Assembly: GCA_964106915.2 (NCBI GenBank)
Contig: OZ066918.1
Length of the DNA: 64,000 bases
Origin: Podarcis gaigeae
Taxonomy: Eukaryota
Strand: one strand, 5' to 3'
Shown here: positions 1 to 13,270 of the stretch, piece by piece
How the letters are laid out: each line of letters begins with the position of its first letter
Position numbering within the stretch: the first letter of the stretch is position 1
Notes under the pieces: model-generated
Database searches by the model: none
Seen by the model: only the letters and a program-made list of their open reading frames with translations
What the model was told of the DNA's origin: nothing
Made by a program: the position numbers and the translations under genes

Positions 1-774
1 AGTTTGGGGATGCCTGTATTTACAGAGATCTGAAACACGAATGTTATTTCCCTCATCAAATTTGGTGGTGACCCCAGCATATGGAAGGTTGGGAAGTCCT
101 GCTGTGATTGTAGAAATCCTTATCTGGTGCAATGAATTAAGACCCGTTTCTTTCTCACAGTGTTGTGTACAAGCGTGCAATACATTCAGGCTAGCACATT
201 TCTCTGGAAACAAGTCCCCATTTTAACTTGGTGAGACTTATTTTTGAGAACACATGCATAGAATTTCAGGGTTGAAAGTAGCTTTATTTCTGTGAGCTGA
301 AAATTTCTAGTTCATTGTGGAGAAAGACGGAAACGCTTTCCCTCCTCCGCATGATGATTCATGGGCTGTATTGTCCTCGCCAAACTCTTGCAGCCGGTTA
401 AAGTATTTTCCAAAAAGGGGGAGGTGTGGCTTCTGCTGGTACCGGAATGGTCTATGGTTGCAATGTCCTTGCATAAAATAACGCTGCTAAGCCTATAGGT
501 AGGCTATACTAGGTAGCAACAGGGAAGGAAGGACAGACAAGGGTTTTAGAAAGTGGCTATAATTCATTCAAGTTAAAGATGCAGAAATGCAGCCTTTCCA
601 TGTATATATTGAAAACTCAGGCTAAATCTGAAATACAACTGAATGAAAAATAAACAGGATTGAAGCATAAAATAAATTACACTTCCTGTGGGGCCAGTTC
701 CTACTGGATATTCTCACGGGGCTAAGGTATTGCCAGTAGGCAGATGACCTCTTGGTTCCATCATCTAATGCCAG

Positions 775-915
775 TGAGGCAGTGGAAGTGGTAAATTAGT
801 GTCTGGCATGAATTCAGGAGCAGATAGGAGTTTATAAGCTGAAACTTATTTCAGACAAGATGGAAGTACTGTTAGTCAAGAACGCTGCTGAGGTGATTCA
901 ACCTATTCTGGATAG
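775..915 (+). mobile_element. Degenerate L2 LINE ORF2 fragment (end of RT domain)
   Basis: Decayed coding resembling the L2 motif ..KLKLNPDKTEVLL (aagctgaaacttatttcagacaagatggaagtactgttagtc); contains stops; boundaries approximate. Confidence 0.5.
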
Positions 916-916
916 A

Positions 917-1360
917 TTCTCACTAACCTGTTAGAATTATTTGAGAGTGTCAACAAGCTTATTGATAGAGGTGATCCAGTCCGCATTCTGTCCTTAGACT
1001 GTCAAAAAGATTTCGACACAGGAAGCAGAGAGCATTGAGACTTCTCTCAATGGAAGATGTAGAAAGAAGAGTCCCCCAGGATTGGTATTGGGACCTGTGC
1101 TTTTTAACTTGTTTGTAAAAGATTTAGAGTCAGAGGTGAGTGGTGAGGTAGCCATCTTTGCTGACAATGCCAAATTGTTTCAGGGTGGTTAAAGCAAAAT
1201 GGGATTACGAAGAGCTCTAAAAGGATCTCTCCAACCAAATGAGTGGGAAGTAAAATGGTAAATGCAATTCAATGTCCACAAATACGATTCACATATGGAC
1301 AAAAACACACACACACAAAAACCTCCAAATTTCACAGATACACTCCTGGAGTCTGAATAG
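917..1360 (+). mobile_element. Degenerate CR1 LINE reverse-transcriptase fragment
   Basis: Readable, frameshifted CR1 RT motifs: LTNLLELFESVNK..DRGDPV..LDCQKDFD, then VPQ..VLGPVLFNLFVKDLE..VAIFADNAKLF, WQMQFN-like; internal deletion near 1020-1040. Confidence 0.8.
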
Positions 1361-2715
1361 GAGTAACTTGGCTTTGGTCATCCATTCTTTGGAGTCTTTT
1401 ATTTGGTTGTACCACAGCATTCTCATTTAAAATCTGTCAGGCTTCCTTTTTGTGTCTCTTTCACTGGAAATTTTGATAGCGACCTAATTCTGCTGCCACT
1501 TTCTATGGGAAATCCCTTTTATATTCCTGCTGCTGTTCTAGATTTTTGCGTTTAAGTTTTGGCTGGATTATGTTCTTTGTTGCCTTTGGAAAGTTTTTTA
1601 GTTGTACTTTAATTGAACATACTGCAGTTTTATGATTATACTGTACACCACTCTGGGTACTCAGTCCTGTTTTCAAAAAGCATTGAACTTGACAGCCAGA
1701 GAGAATTGAAGTTTGCTATGAGGAGGAAACTGATAGGTTTTGCAGATCTTCTTGCCACTGGCTAAAAAGATCACTTTCCTCTATAAATAAATGAACATGT
1801 GTGTGATATGTTAATAAAGTTAACATCTACTCTGCAAGCTTTTTTGTCTGTGGCCACACCATCTTTCTCCTGAATATTTTCCCCAAATCATACCTGTAGC
1901 TAGCAACATACAGCTTTGTTCCTTCTGTGTCATTTTGCAGACTTTGCTGGCAAAACACAGTGAATTCATTATAGGAGCTATTATTAGTAGCAGATTTTAG
2001 CAAATACTCTGAAACTGGGAGTGGGGTAAAAATATTATGTATAGCTTCTTGGTCTATGTATCTATGTATGTAATACACAGAGAATGTCTGGCACAAATCC
2101 CAGTGATCAGTTGTGTTGTGCATTCTGCACGGTTGAAGGGATATTACTGACTAGTGGTATGAGGGATTGCCTCCTATTGAACAGATCTGACAGCTTCCAA
2201 TCTATTACACAAGTTGTAATGTATGTACTCACCCAATCAAACCTCCCAAAAATTCTGAACCAGTACTAAGTGTTCTTTAGGCAGTTATGGAGGAGAGGTG
2301 TTCTGAACAAGGAACATCCATTATGTTGTTTGAAGCTATTGTGTTCTGGAATCTTCTTAATTTCTCTAAAATGGAAAACATTACGTTCATTCTTAATCAA
2401 TGTAGAACTTTTCAAGTGCAAATAATGAATGTCAGATATCCCAGATATTTAAGTGGGATGGACTTGAGCTAAGAGAGCTTTCTCCTGGGTGAGGCTAGGC
2501 AGATGGGGTTTGTTTTCACATTTTGGAAGTGACTGATCACCGTGTTTTTGGAAGGAATGTTTTTCCAGGCTAGATTGGCCAATGACCCTGAATTCTTTTT
2601 GTAGCTAGGGGCATGGTTCATCTGTGTGAGTCTTAGTTCTGTTTTTCTAAACCTTTTCAGGCCATTGTACACACCACTGCTCTTCACTTGAGTTATGATG
2701 TAATCCTTCTGGATA

Positions 2716-2851
2716 NNNNNNNNNNNNNNNNNNNNNNNNNNNNNNNNNNNNNNNNNNNNNNNNNNNNNNNNNNNNNNNNNNNNNNNNNNNNNNNNNNNNN
2801 NNNNNNNNNNNNNNNNNNNNNNNNNNNNNNNNNNNNNNNNNNNNNNNNNNN
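2716..2851. other. Assembly gap (136 N)
   Basis: Run of N. Confidence 1.
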
Positions 2852-2962
2852 GCCCTTGGCGCTCTCTCATTTTTCTGTATGAGGTTGGGTGGACCAGGTG
2901 GCTACCCCACTAGTTATCCAACAACACATATCTGATTCTACAATGAGAGATGATTCAATGAA

Positions 2963-3380
2963 TATTTATTTATTTATTTATTTATTCATTCATACATTCA
3001 TACATACATACATACATACATACATACCCTGTCCATCTGGCTGGGTTTCCCCAGTCACTCTGGGTGGCTTAAAGCGTATATAAAAATGGTAAAACATCAG
3101 GCACCAAAAACCTCCCTAAACAGGGCTGCCTTCAGTTGTCTTCGAAAAGTCAGATAGTTGTTTATTTCCTTGACATCTGATGGGAGGGTGTTCCACATGG
3201 CGGGTGCCACTACTGAGATGGCCCTCTGCCTGGTTCCTTGTAACCTCACTTCTCGCCTGGACCTCAGTGTGTGGGCTGAACAATGGGGGTGGAGACGATT
3301 CTTCAGGTATACTGGACCGAGGCCATTTAGGGCTTTAAAGGTCAGCACCAACACTTTGAATTGTGCTCGGAAATGTACTG
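2963..3380 (-). mobile_element. L2 LINE 3' end with simple-repeat tail
   Basis: Minus ORF 3097..3354 (LVLTFKALNGLGPVYL..TLRS..AISVVAPAMWNTLP..FRRQLKAALF) is the typical L2 ORF2 C-terminus; followed by L2-type 3'UTR and (TAAA)/(TATG) tail at 2963-3027. Confidence 0.85.
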
Positions 3381-4402
3381 GGACCCATCTTTCAGGATGG
3401 GTGAATTAGTGTAAGCAGAAGGGCAAGCCAGTCAGCTTATCTCTTCTAATGTATATAGACAAACAAGCAGAATGGATAGGGCATTCTGCTAGAGCTTGCT
3501 TAAGCAAAGTGATTTTTACACATTGAATGCATGTGAATTTGGACTTTGTTCTGCAGATTTGTTTTAAAAACCAATTAATAAAGGAAAAGTGGTGGCAGCA
3601 GGGCATGAAGTTAGCCTGGTGCTGTGGCCCTCAAACTTTGATGCCTTTCAATGAAAGGAGTAAGATAGTCATATGAAGTACAGCAAAGAATATTATTCTG
3701 CTCAATCACAACCAATGATGCAGGAGCCAGAGTGAACCTCATATTGTCTTGGCAGCATGCAGAGAGCACTTTACATAATACTCTGCAGATGTTATTGCAG
3801 AATAGTTGTAATAACGGATTGTGCTCAACTCCTGCACAAAGAAAGGAATAAATACAGGGCAGGGGCAGCTCCATGAATACATTGCTTCATTCTGGTTTTT
3901 GAAAGTGAAGTCTCTTAAGAAATGTATACATTATACAGGGTTATCCATCTGGCCGAGAGAGGTGTTTTTGCTTTATAGTACAACAATCTTGATTCCTTCT
4001 ATGTAGCTCTTGGCTAAGCATTTTCCCCCCTTCAGGTCTAGACAATTTGCTTAAGATGGAGTCTAAGGCACCTGCCTCAATGTTTCTTCCTTGAGAGCCC
4101 TTTTTTAGCTGGAGGGAGTGCTCTTGTAGTCAGATATCTCAGATTGTGGCAAAGGCACAGCCACCACTAGATCATAGGTGTCGAGTCTATGGCATGGATG
4201 CTAAAGTGATACAGGTAACTGGAGTTTGGGGCACACTTATGCAGGAGTTGAAGAGGATCAGCGACGTTCCTGGCTATGACATAGTCTGTACTATATTTCT
4301 GTCTGCCACTCCCATGTGCATTGCTGGCTGTGCCCTATTTCGGTAGGATAGAACCAAAATAGTGCCAGTACAGAAGGAGCTGCTTATATATTGTAGTGTA
4401 GC

Positions 4403-4403
<1 letters not shown>

Positions 4404-4447
<44 letters not shown>
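4404..4447. repeat. (AC)n microsatellite
   Basis: Perfect dinucleotide run. Confidence 0.95.
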
Positions 4448-4449
<2 letters not shown>

Positions 4450-6095
4450 CACCTACCCACCCTTGAATTTGACTTGTGGCATAACTGCCAAAAAGGCTAA
4501 CTAGCACAGCACATGTTTCAAAATACAGCATCTCATCATACAAAAAAACCTGAAGGTTGTGTCATCAGTGTCCGAGTACACACAAATCCATGGCAGGTAG
4601 AAACCCAAAAGATGCAACTTCAGCACATTCTTAAGCTCCTTGAAAATGGAAACTTTGTTTGTCCCAAAGTGTTTTTTAAAAATGGTGGGTGGAATTTCAC
4701 AGCTTCAGTAAGGGTGCTTGTTTAAATTATGCAGCAGCAGGCTCTGGATCCATAAATACTCCATGCACATGTTTTGTATGCCTTTTGTACCTGGAAGGCC
4801 TAACCTGTAAGAAAAATAAGTGCTGAACACAATGCGTATCTAGTTTGACTGGATTCTCGTGCTTTGCTATGTGCATAAGATCAGTTTGGGTCTCATGGGA
4901 CTTATTTTTTCCTAATGGTTTACAGGATTTCAGCCATAAAGTTCAAATTATATTATCAACTACTGCCTTGAATACTTTATTTTTAACCTAATTTGAAGGA
5001 AACTGGTGATGTGTGTTAATCAGTTTCACACACAGTTGCTCCCAATTTCCCAACATCTTATTGCAAGTGTTTTGACTTTCACCCCCATTTCATAAAGGAA
5101 GGTTGGCTTACTTCTTGTATGTGGATATTTTATTGGTTTACCTCCCAATCCAAACCATATTTGACCCAATTTTTCCAGCAGGTTCATAGCATTATGTGTT
5201 GTTAAATCCGGCACTCTCCTTTCCTTGATATTTCATATATTTAATAGTGTCTTTTTTGGTGCATTTGAGTAAGAAACCTGACTTCAGCATGGTATGTTTA
5301 CAACCTTCCATGCTGCAGTTGTCATGCAAGCTAGACCTGCTGGATTTCCTTCTTTCAGACCACAATTAAAAGTGCAGGAGCCTTGTCCTCTTCACCTGGT
5401 CACTCCTGACAACTGAATAGGAGTGAACAAACAAAGTGCCAGGTAGGATTGCATAGCATTTACTGCTCTGTGAAAGTAGCCTTGACATCCCAGGGTGATG
5501 AAAGTACTGATAATCATTTCACGCCTTGAAGGTAACTTGCATCTATCTACAGAATCACTTTGGATCTAAGCAATGACTTGAGTGAGGCTGTGTACACACT
5601 CCCAATATATTCTGAATCCAGTGCACTCCCACTGCTGGTTTGTGAAGCCACATACACACAGCATTAGTCACAAACCACATCTATCCTGTAGTTCCTTGAG
5701 AAATACTGCATTTTGATGCATTTGCCCCCAAACCAGTGTTGATCTGATTTGAAAATGTAAGCCATACGAAAACATCCATGCCCCCTCTCTGCCCACTGGT
5801 GTGGACAGTCAGTGGATTATTTGGAAGCACAAACAACTGTGTACAACAGCATGCAAATGCTATTTTAAACAGAACAGGGGGGAAACAACCTCACTGTGTT
5901 TTAAGTTGGTAATTATACAGAGCCAGACATTGAGCTTAATGGCTAGATGTGAGTTGGCAAGGAAAACAAGTTATCTCTGCCTGATCCTTGCAGAATAACA
6001 ATAACACTTCTGATAAAGAAATTAAAGGAAGAGCTAATGGAGCCAGTGCCAGCCCAAGGTCATTCATTCATTCATTCACATGTGTGTATGATATA

Positions 6096-6311
6096 CAGTG
6101 GTACCTGGGTTTACAACCATAATCCGTTCCAGAGGTCCAGTTGTAAACCAAAACAGGTTGTAACCCAAGGTGCGCTTTTGCCAATGGGGCCTCCCCCCCA
6201 AAAATTGGTTGTAATAATAAAAAAAATGGGTTGTAATCCAAAAAAAGGGACACACACTTCCGGGTGTGACGTGGTTGTAATCCAAAACGGTTGCAAACCA
6301 AGGTACTACTG
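6096..6311. mobile_element. Tc1/mariner-type MITE (CAGTGGTACCT TIR), internal type A
   Basis: TA|CAGTGGTACCTGGGTTTACAACC ... GGTTGCAAACCAAGGTACTACTG|TA: inverted termini, TA target duplication, repeated internal GGTTGTAA motifs. Confidence 0.85.
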
Positions 6312-9300
6312 TACTACCCAACTCTGTCTCCTGGCGGCCATGTGGACCTTCAAACTGCTTGGGCCAACACTTTTAAAACTTGGCACACCATTTTAACATT
6401 AGTTCCTGCTTTCCATCTATTTGCAAATTGCACCTGAATTAAATCACTTCACCCAGCAGAGCTAACCCTGAGTGGAGCACAATAGAATATGATTGTGTAG
6501 GTTTTTGTTTGTTTGTTCCTGTCGATGTGGAAGTTGGTATAGATGCTAAAGTAGATCTTCTTTGTTTTTGTTTTGTTTTTCCTAGACCACCCCCCCCCCC
6601 ACTGGACCACCACCAAATATAGACTGTATAGGAAGGCAGGATATTGGCGAGGAAAACTGTTGACAAGGGGTTGTGAAAGGATCAGGGAAGAGGGATGAAA
6701 GAAACTGGCAATTAGCAGTGGGAAGGGGGGATAAAGGTACAAGTTGATTGTGAAAGGAGAATGGGAGAAGAAATTACAGCAGATGGGTAACGATACTTTG
6801 AGAAGTATGTGAGGTTAGGAAAGAAAAATATGAAAGGCAAAGACTTCTCCACTTAGAGCTTCTGGATCAGCAAATCCTGCCTAAAATAGGAAGGCTGAGT
6901 CACCATACCTCCACAGCAAATATCTGAACTCATCGTAGCTTGAGGAAACCTGAGGTATGGAACTCCTTGTCACAATGCAAGCACTGTGGCAAAGTATTTA
7001 GCAATTTCCAAAAATGGATTAGATATCTGTAGGAAATAACAGCACTTGCCTGCTGGTTATGCTAAACTCTGCTTCCATATACCACCATTTTGTGACTAGT
7101 CGGCCTCAGTAATTCTCAAACTTCTTAAGCTGGCCCTGGGGGTAGAAAGTTCAAGAACCCCCTGCTGTACTTGGGTGTGGAATGGCTTGGTTTGGCTCAA
7201 CTGTTTTAAGCTATATGCAGAGTTGAAAATAGTATTTAGGTCTTTTCCAACTTTTCTGTTTTGTGAAATAGTAGGGCACAAAACCAAAGTTCAGGGTGAA
7301 ATGAAATGCTTCAAAGGTCATGGTTTTTACTAGAGTGTTAACTTTATAGTGCAGTTCTTTTCACTCAGGCTAACGTTTGCTTCTGAAGAAGAATTCATAG
7401 GACCGTTTCCATCTAATTAGGATCAGATGTGTATCAGCTTCTGGTCTGTTTACTTCTGCGTCATAATTACAATTGCATGTTCAACTCCAACATGCCTCCT
7501 ATTCTGCCCTACCATTAACTATTCCTCATTTTCAGCAGTAGGCCTTTTTGAAATGAGTTGGTGGTGTTGGTTTTCTTTTTAAATAATATTATTATTATTT
7601 ACAGCAGCTGGCTGCTGTGGGTAAACGTCATGTCGGGAGAATCTCCCTCTTGCTGTGTAAAAGTGTAACTAAATTCCCTGACCAGGAATACTGTGAAGAA
7701 AAGTTTTCCAAATCTCTCTTGGAAATGGAAATCTCTGCCTCTTGATGAAATGATGCTAGTAATGGCTCTGGTGTCATCGGTGCTGCTCTGTTTTTATTTT
7801 TGATTCACTTTTGGAACATTTAGGGGAACAGGAGAGAGGATCCTTCTCATTTGACCATTTTGCAATGTCTTTTGTTAGAATTGGCTTGGATTCTTTTAAG
7901 AGTATTTAACTTAGATATGTATGCATGCCTTCACTTTTGGAGTAGAGCACTTTCACATGCAGAATTAGATTATAGAGTATGAGCTTTGAATGTTATCCTC
8001 CTATTATTTGCACAGTAAAATATGGGACCCTTCTGTGCATGGTTGGGGCAAATTTGGGAAGCCTAGTATTGTGCCCTGTTGAAAACTGGTGAGGCCATCA
8101 CAGTTGAGATTCAAATGAAATGCAAGTGGAAAATGGGAATTAAAGGTGCATGTAAGCAGATTAATCTAGATAACTAAAGCAGTGAGACAAACCATAGATT
8201 ACAAGGCATACTCACCAATGCACTATATTTTATGCCATGCAGTAGGCTCTGGTCCACATTTATGCCTGAGGAATGCTGAACCAGAGCAATATCAAATATC
8301 AGCTGGTGAATCCATGCCAGAGAATTCTTATGCTGAAATAGCAGTTTTCCTCTGAGTAAATGCAGGGTGCTTTTTTGCTTGCCACTTCCAACAGCTACAA
8401 CCTCTTGTCTTCCTCCACAAGCTTTCAATTAAATCTTATATATGTTTGCCCTACTGTATTCAATGGGGCCCCACTTCTTTGCCAGCAAACTACAAGTGGT
8501 GGATATAGTATGTTTCCCTTACAAAACGATTTACTTTCCCCATTCTCACTTTCCTTTCAGCAACACTGTCACTATAGCCATAAGCAACTGTTTTTGCCTG
8601 TTTCCCCTATCCAAGTTAACTCGTGTAAAGACTACAGGGTTCATCTTGAGTCTTGTTTTACTACCAGGACTGAGTCCTGGAATATGTGGGGAATGAGCAT
8701 GTACAGAGTGCTCTTCTTTCTCCACTGTACAACTGCAGTCTCCTATCTCCATGCATATTTTAAATTCAAAGCAGGGTATCTGGGTTGGTGTTTAGCCCTG
8801 GGAGTTTGGTATAAATGCTCTGGCCCATGATGCACGCGCGCGCGCACACACACACACATCTGCTCCTGGTTTTCCCTCTCTACTTCCCTCATTTTGGTTG
8901 CCCAGCTCCAAAAACCAAGAGCTATTTTCCCCACCCTCTCTTTAAAAGCACCTTTCAATGCTTCAAAAATATGAACATTTTATCTAGTTCATAAACCAAG
9001 GGTATGGGTAGAAGGCTCAGGTCTTGCTCCAACTTATCCTCCCCGCCATCTCTCACTCTTGCAAACTTCAGCTGACTCTTCTCAGCCTCTGTGCCTTGGG
9101 AGAGGCAAAGAGAAGTAGCCAATAGTAAAAGCATCTAATTTGCACTTAACACCTGGGCTTTGCGAAGGACCATTAACCACTTCATTTAAAAGGTTATGTT
9201 TTAAGCGAGTCTCTTTGCTCGCCTCAGTGAGAATTTATATATTTACAAGTTCATTAATTGTTATGTTTAACATCATCCATATGCTAAAGAATATCAATAG

Positions 9301-9514
9301 GAAAGGAATTATCCAACTTTGCAGAGTGTTAATTTCCACCCAAAAGGGAGCTTATTATGAAGTAGAATTCACAAAGACATTTTGTTTTTATTTAAAAGTG
9401 AAAGCAAAGCGCACAGCCTTGGCTAAGTCTGGTTAATAGTCTCTGTCCTATGCAGTTCTGTATTGGCTTAGATCCTAACTAGTTATCCATGATCAGAAGG
9501 ACTATTTTCATTTA

Positions 9515-10119
9515 CAGTGGTAAAAAAGGTAAAGGTAAAGGTACCCCTGCCCGTACGGGCCAGTCTTGACAGACTCTGGGGTTGTGCGCCCATCTCACTT
9601 AAGAGGCCAGGGGCCAGCGCTGTCTGGAGACACTTCCGGGTCACGTGGCCAGCGTAACAAAGCTGCATCTGGCGAGCCAGAGCTGCACACGGAAACGCCG
9701 TTTACCTTCCCGCTGGTAAGCGGTCCCTATTTATCTACTTGCACCCGGAGGTGCTTTCAAACTGCTAGGTTGGCAGGCACTGGGACCGAGCAGCGGGAGC
9801 GCACCCCGCCGCAGGGATTCGAACCGCCGACCTTTCAATCAGCAAGTCCTAGGCGCTGAGGCTTTAACCCACAGCGCCACCTGCGTCCCACAGTGGTACC
9901 TCGGGTTAAATACGCTTCAGGTTACAGACTCCGCTAACCCAGAAATTGTGCTTCAGGTTAAGAACTTTGCTTCAGGATGAGAACAGAAATCATGCTCCGG
10001 CGGTGCGGCAGCAGCGGGAGGAGGCCCCATTAGCTAAAGTGGTGCTTCAGGTTAAGAACAGTTTCAGGTTAAGAACGGACCTCCGGAATGAATTAAGTAC
10101 TTAACCTGAGGTACCACTG
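9515..10119. mobile_element. Tc1/mariner-type MITE, internal type B, left TIR interrupted by a SINE
   Basis: TA|CAGTGGTA at 9513-9522, body resumes CAGTGGTACCTCGGGTTAA at 9891, ends TTAACCTGAGGTACCACTG|TA at 10119; repeated CTTCAGGTTAAGAAC; closely similar to 15453-15670. Confidence 0.85.
9523..9889 (-). mobile_element. Sauria SINE (tRNA-derived, Bov-B-associated type), full length
   Basis: Reverse complement starts GGGACGCAGGTGGCGCTGTGGGTTAAA with B-box GGTTCGAATCC and ends in (ACCTTT)n; 9-bp TSD ACAGTGGTA at 9514-9522 and 9890-9898. Confidence 0.92.
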
Positions 10120-11487
10120 TACAGGGGGAACTGGAATCCAGTGGAGATCTGCCCCTCCCTGCTGCCCTGCCCCTCATGCTGCTCCAAGGGTCCACCTAAC
10201 CATAAGCGCTGCAGGGAGAAGGGGACAGAAGCAAAAACTTCCACTGGAAGCAGCATCCTGTTAGTGGAACTTTGCCCACAGACACTTGCAGCAGCAGAAC
10301 CTTAGTTATGATGTGACCCACAGTGTGTTAGGGGCAATGTCTTTTGGCAGCACTGTGAGAAGAAACCAATTCTAATTGCAACTTTAGTATTTGAATTTCC
10401 AGTTTGACACTCCCACTTAGAATTGAATAGTCCAGGGGAGTTCCATGGCATTTGGGCACAATTATCTGGGGCTACAAAAGCTATTCAAAGTGTGTGGAGT
10501 CATTTTAATAAAGGAAATTTGTGCAACCTGTCTGATTTTTACCAGGAAAACAGAACATTTTTGTGCCTACATTGGCAATTAGGTGATTTTATTTCCACCA
10601 GCAATATGCCGACTTCTATACAAAAATTGCAGTTCCTGCTTCATGGAAAAGCCGAGCAAAAAGTTTCCCTTCCCCCCTTTCAAGACTCATCTCCTCCTGC
10701 TATATACTTATAAAATGTTTGGTATCGAGCCCCAACTCGGAACCCTTTAATGCTGGAAAGCACAGCAAGGGAAGCCTTGGGCAGGGCAGGAGGAAGACAG
10801 AAAATGACATTTTAATTTCTTCCCCACCACCACATACACCTCTGTTAGTCCTGCTGTGCTCCCCATCCTGCTATGGAGGTTCTTATTCCAGGGTGGCTGG
10901 AGTCTTGAACAGGAGTACAACTCTTAGACTGCATTCTGACAGCACTTTACTCTGTTTTCCTGGTGTTTCCTTCCCTGATCATTTACATGCTCATTTACAC
11001 TTCTGGAAATCTAGCATAAGTTTAGCAGTCTGTGTTAATTGCTTCCAGGGAAAAAAAACCAATTTTTCCAATCCCATTAACCCAGGTAAACACAGGAGTT
11101 TTGTGCTGTAATTTTCCTGTAGTTTGCATGGATCACGCCATGTGACAAAATTGGGGTGGAATTCCAGCATACAGTTCTTTTCCTCCATTATCATGGGCGA
11201 ATGACAGGGGAACAGAAACATGCATGTCCGCCATTGTATCACACCACACGCAGCAGTGTGAATGAAATTTAGCAAGACATAGTGTTATATTGATCAAAAA
11301 GCCACAATTCCATAATGATACAGTAAAAGGAATACAGTGTAAAAGGAACTTCAGAAACGGGTGCATTATAATATAGTGCTAGCATTATAACCAGGATGAC
11401 TAACACACTGGTTTTGAAGAATTTAAAATTGTTAGGGGACGGTGATTCTGCAGTGAATTAACTCTTATTCTTTCCTTACCCTCACAG

Positions 11488-11601
11488 GTTGGTGGTTTGT
11501 AAGTACCTCGGAAGAGCAGGGCTGGGTCCCTGCCACTTACCTGGAATCCCAAAGTGGAATTAGAGATGATTCTGAAATTAACATGTCCAAAGGTGGGGAA
11601 G
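11488..11601 (+). CDS. SH3PXD2A: SH3PXD2A (Tks5) internal exon, C-terminal half of first SH3 domain
   Basis: cag|GTTGG..GAAG|gtaag; 114 nt, phase 1-1; (G)[37 protein letters not shown] matches Tks5. Confidence 0.96.
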
Positions 11602-11800
11602 GTAAGAAACAGCTGTAATTGATCTGGGTGAGGAATTATAATTAAAACCCACCTTTACCCTATATACCCTGTAGGAATAAGCATAGCTATCTCAAAGACA
11701 GGGACAAAGGCTAGAAGGTTACCTATTGACAGTTATTTATGCCAGTTGAGGGGAAGAATAAATGCTTTCCTAGGCTACCTTGATCTGGTAGGAAAAGAGG

Positions 11801-11880
11801 TTATTTATTTATTTATTTATTTATTCCCCCGCCCATCTGTTTGGGTTTCTCCAGCCACTCTGGACGGCTTACAGCATATC
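11801..11880 (-). mobile_element. Short L2 3' tail remnant
   Basis: (TTTA)n then ccccgcccatctg..ccagccactctgg, same tail as 3020-3070; similar remnants at ~13940-14075 and ~47540-47610. Confidence 0.6.
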
Positions 11881-13186
11881 ATAGAAGTAACACTTGTATG
11901 GGTTGTGGCATTATTCTAAAGCATAATAAAATATTTTCTAAAAATGCTGATTCTTTTGTGTTTATAATGATGCTGGGTTTCTAGAAATTGTGGTCTCGAC
12001 ACGTGTGGTTTGTATACAATAACGCACCCATGTTCTTCCATAAGAGATTTAACACAGCTATTTGAGTTGTTTTTTTCAGCTTATCTTGAATCTTTCATAG
12101 ACCACAGTGGGGGAGAGGAGTTTATATAATCTATGAAATTGTTTTCATAATATATATTTTTCCTGATGTATGCGAATAGTATATTATATAGTTGATATTA
12201 TTCTGGTTTTGTCCCAGTTTGCAAGTCTTTTTGTCTAAGATGCTATCAGAATCTGCGTACAGCAAAAGGTGTTGCCATTAACTGCCCTATTTTGCTTAGT
12301 GCTGACCAAGTCTATCCTCTCCCATCACAGTATTTTGTTCCCCTTTTAGTGTTAACTTTTTGTCATATTCCATTATATGTACATCTTTATCCAACTCATA
12401 AATAACTGCACAGAGGATGCTGTCCCAAAACAGAGTTGTGCATGACATTAAGGCTCCCTTCAGCCTTAGTGCAGAGGAATGGTAGGGTGTAGGTTGCATC
12501 AGAGGAAAAGTTCATATCCACAAATGGGAGATACAGTTGGGGTGCACTTGTAGCATCTTTACTCAGGACAGACATGGGGAACCCATTGCCCTACTGATGT
12601 TTTTGGATATATTTTATCATTGGCTATGCTGGCTGGGGCTGATGGGAGCAGGCCAATGGTGTAATTGGTGTACATCGGATTGTAGAGGCCTCTTTAAAGG
12701 TTCCATCCTGCATGGTACAGATTTGGACCTCCCCTCTGCTCGTACAGAGTCATCTAAGGAGCAGGCTCCAACTTTGGCAAAGGCTCTGAATGTTCCTGTG
12801 CCACAAAGATGTCATAAAAAAATGCTCCAAACACCCTGCATTCTAAGCAAAGGTGCTGTGATATTATTGATGTCTATTTCTTAAGACTTCCCAAAATTCT
12901 GGATACATACAACCCAGTACTGTTATTATTTAGTATGATTTTATGTCCACTAAACGAAGAACCATGAGAAAGCCTGTTTGTGCCTGGGCCTCAGGTAGTT
13001 TCTTATTTTATCACTTCTTGTAAACTAATCCGAATGTATTATTACATCTCATCCTCGCTAACACAAGACTAGTCCTTATTGTTACCATATTTTACGTTGA
13101 GTTTGGTTCCCACCTCACCCACCCACCCATCACATTTTATTTTTCTTTCTTTCCTTTTTTATGTTCTCATCCATTTTCCAAAATAG

Positions 13187-13270
13187 TTTCTAAGAGACGC
13201 AAGGCACACCTGAGACGCCTGGACCGGCGATGGACACTGGGAGGGATGGTCAACAGGCAGCAGAGTCGAG
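13187..13270 (+). CDS. SH3PXD2A: SH3PXD2A 84-nt symmetric (cassette-type) exon, basic linker between SH3 A and B
   Basis: tag|TTTCT..CGAG|gtgaat; phase 1-1; (V)SKRRKAHLRRLDRRWTLGGMVNRQQSR, the recognisable Tks5 insert; long polypyrimidine tract upstream. Confidence 0.93.

Noticed and set aside
2469-2882. ORFs spanning X residues
   Set aside because: Artefacts of the N gap.
9483-9859. Recurrent ORFs such as MTDSGVVRPSH.. and MQLCHAGHVTRKC.. (also near 17049-17539, 25120-25354, 61790-62324)
   Set aside because: Chance frames through copies of the same non-coding SINE, not a gene family.
1-11487. Upstream SH3PXD2A exons (PX domain, first half of SH3 A)
   Set aside because: No matching splice-bounded coding segment found; presumably upstream of the window, though the small gap cannot be inspected.
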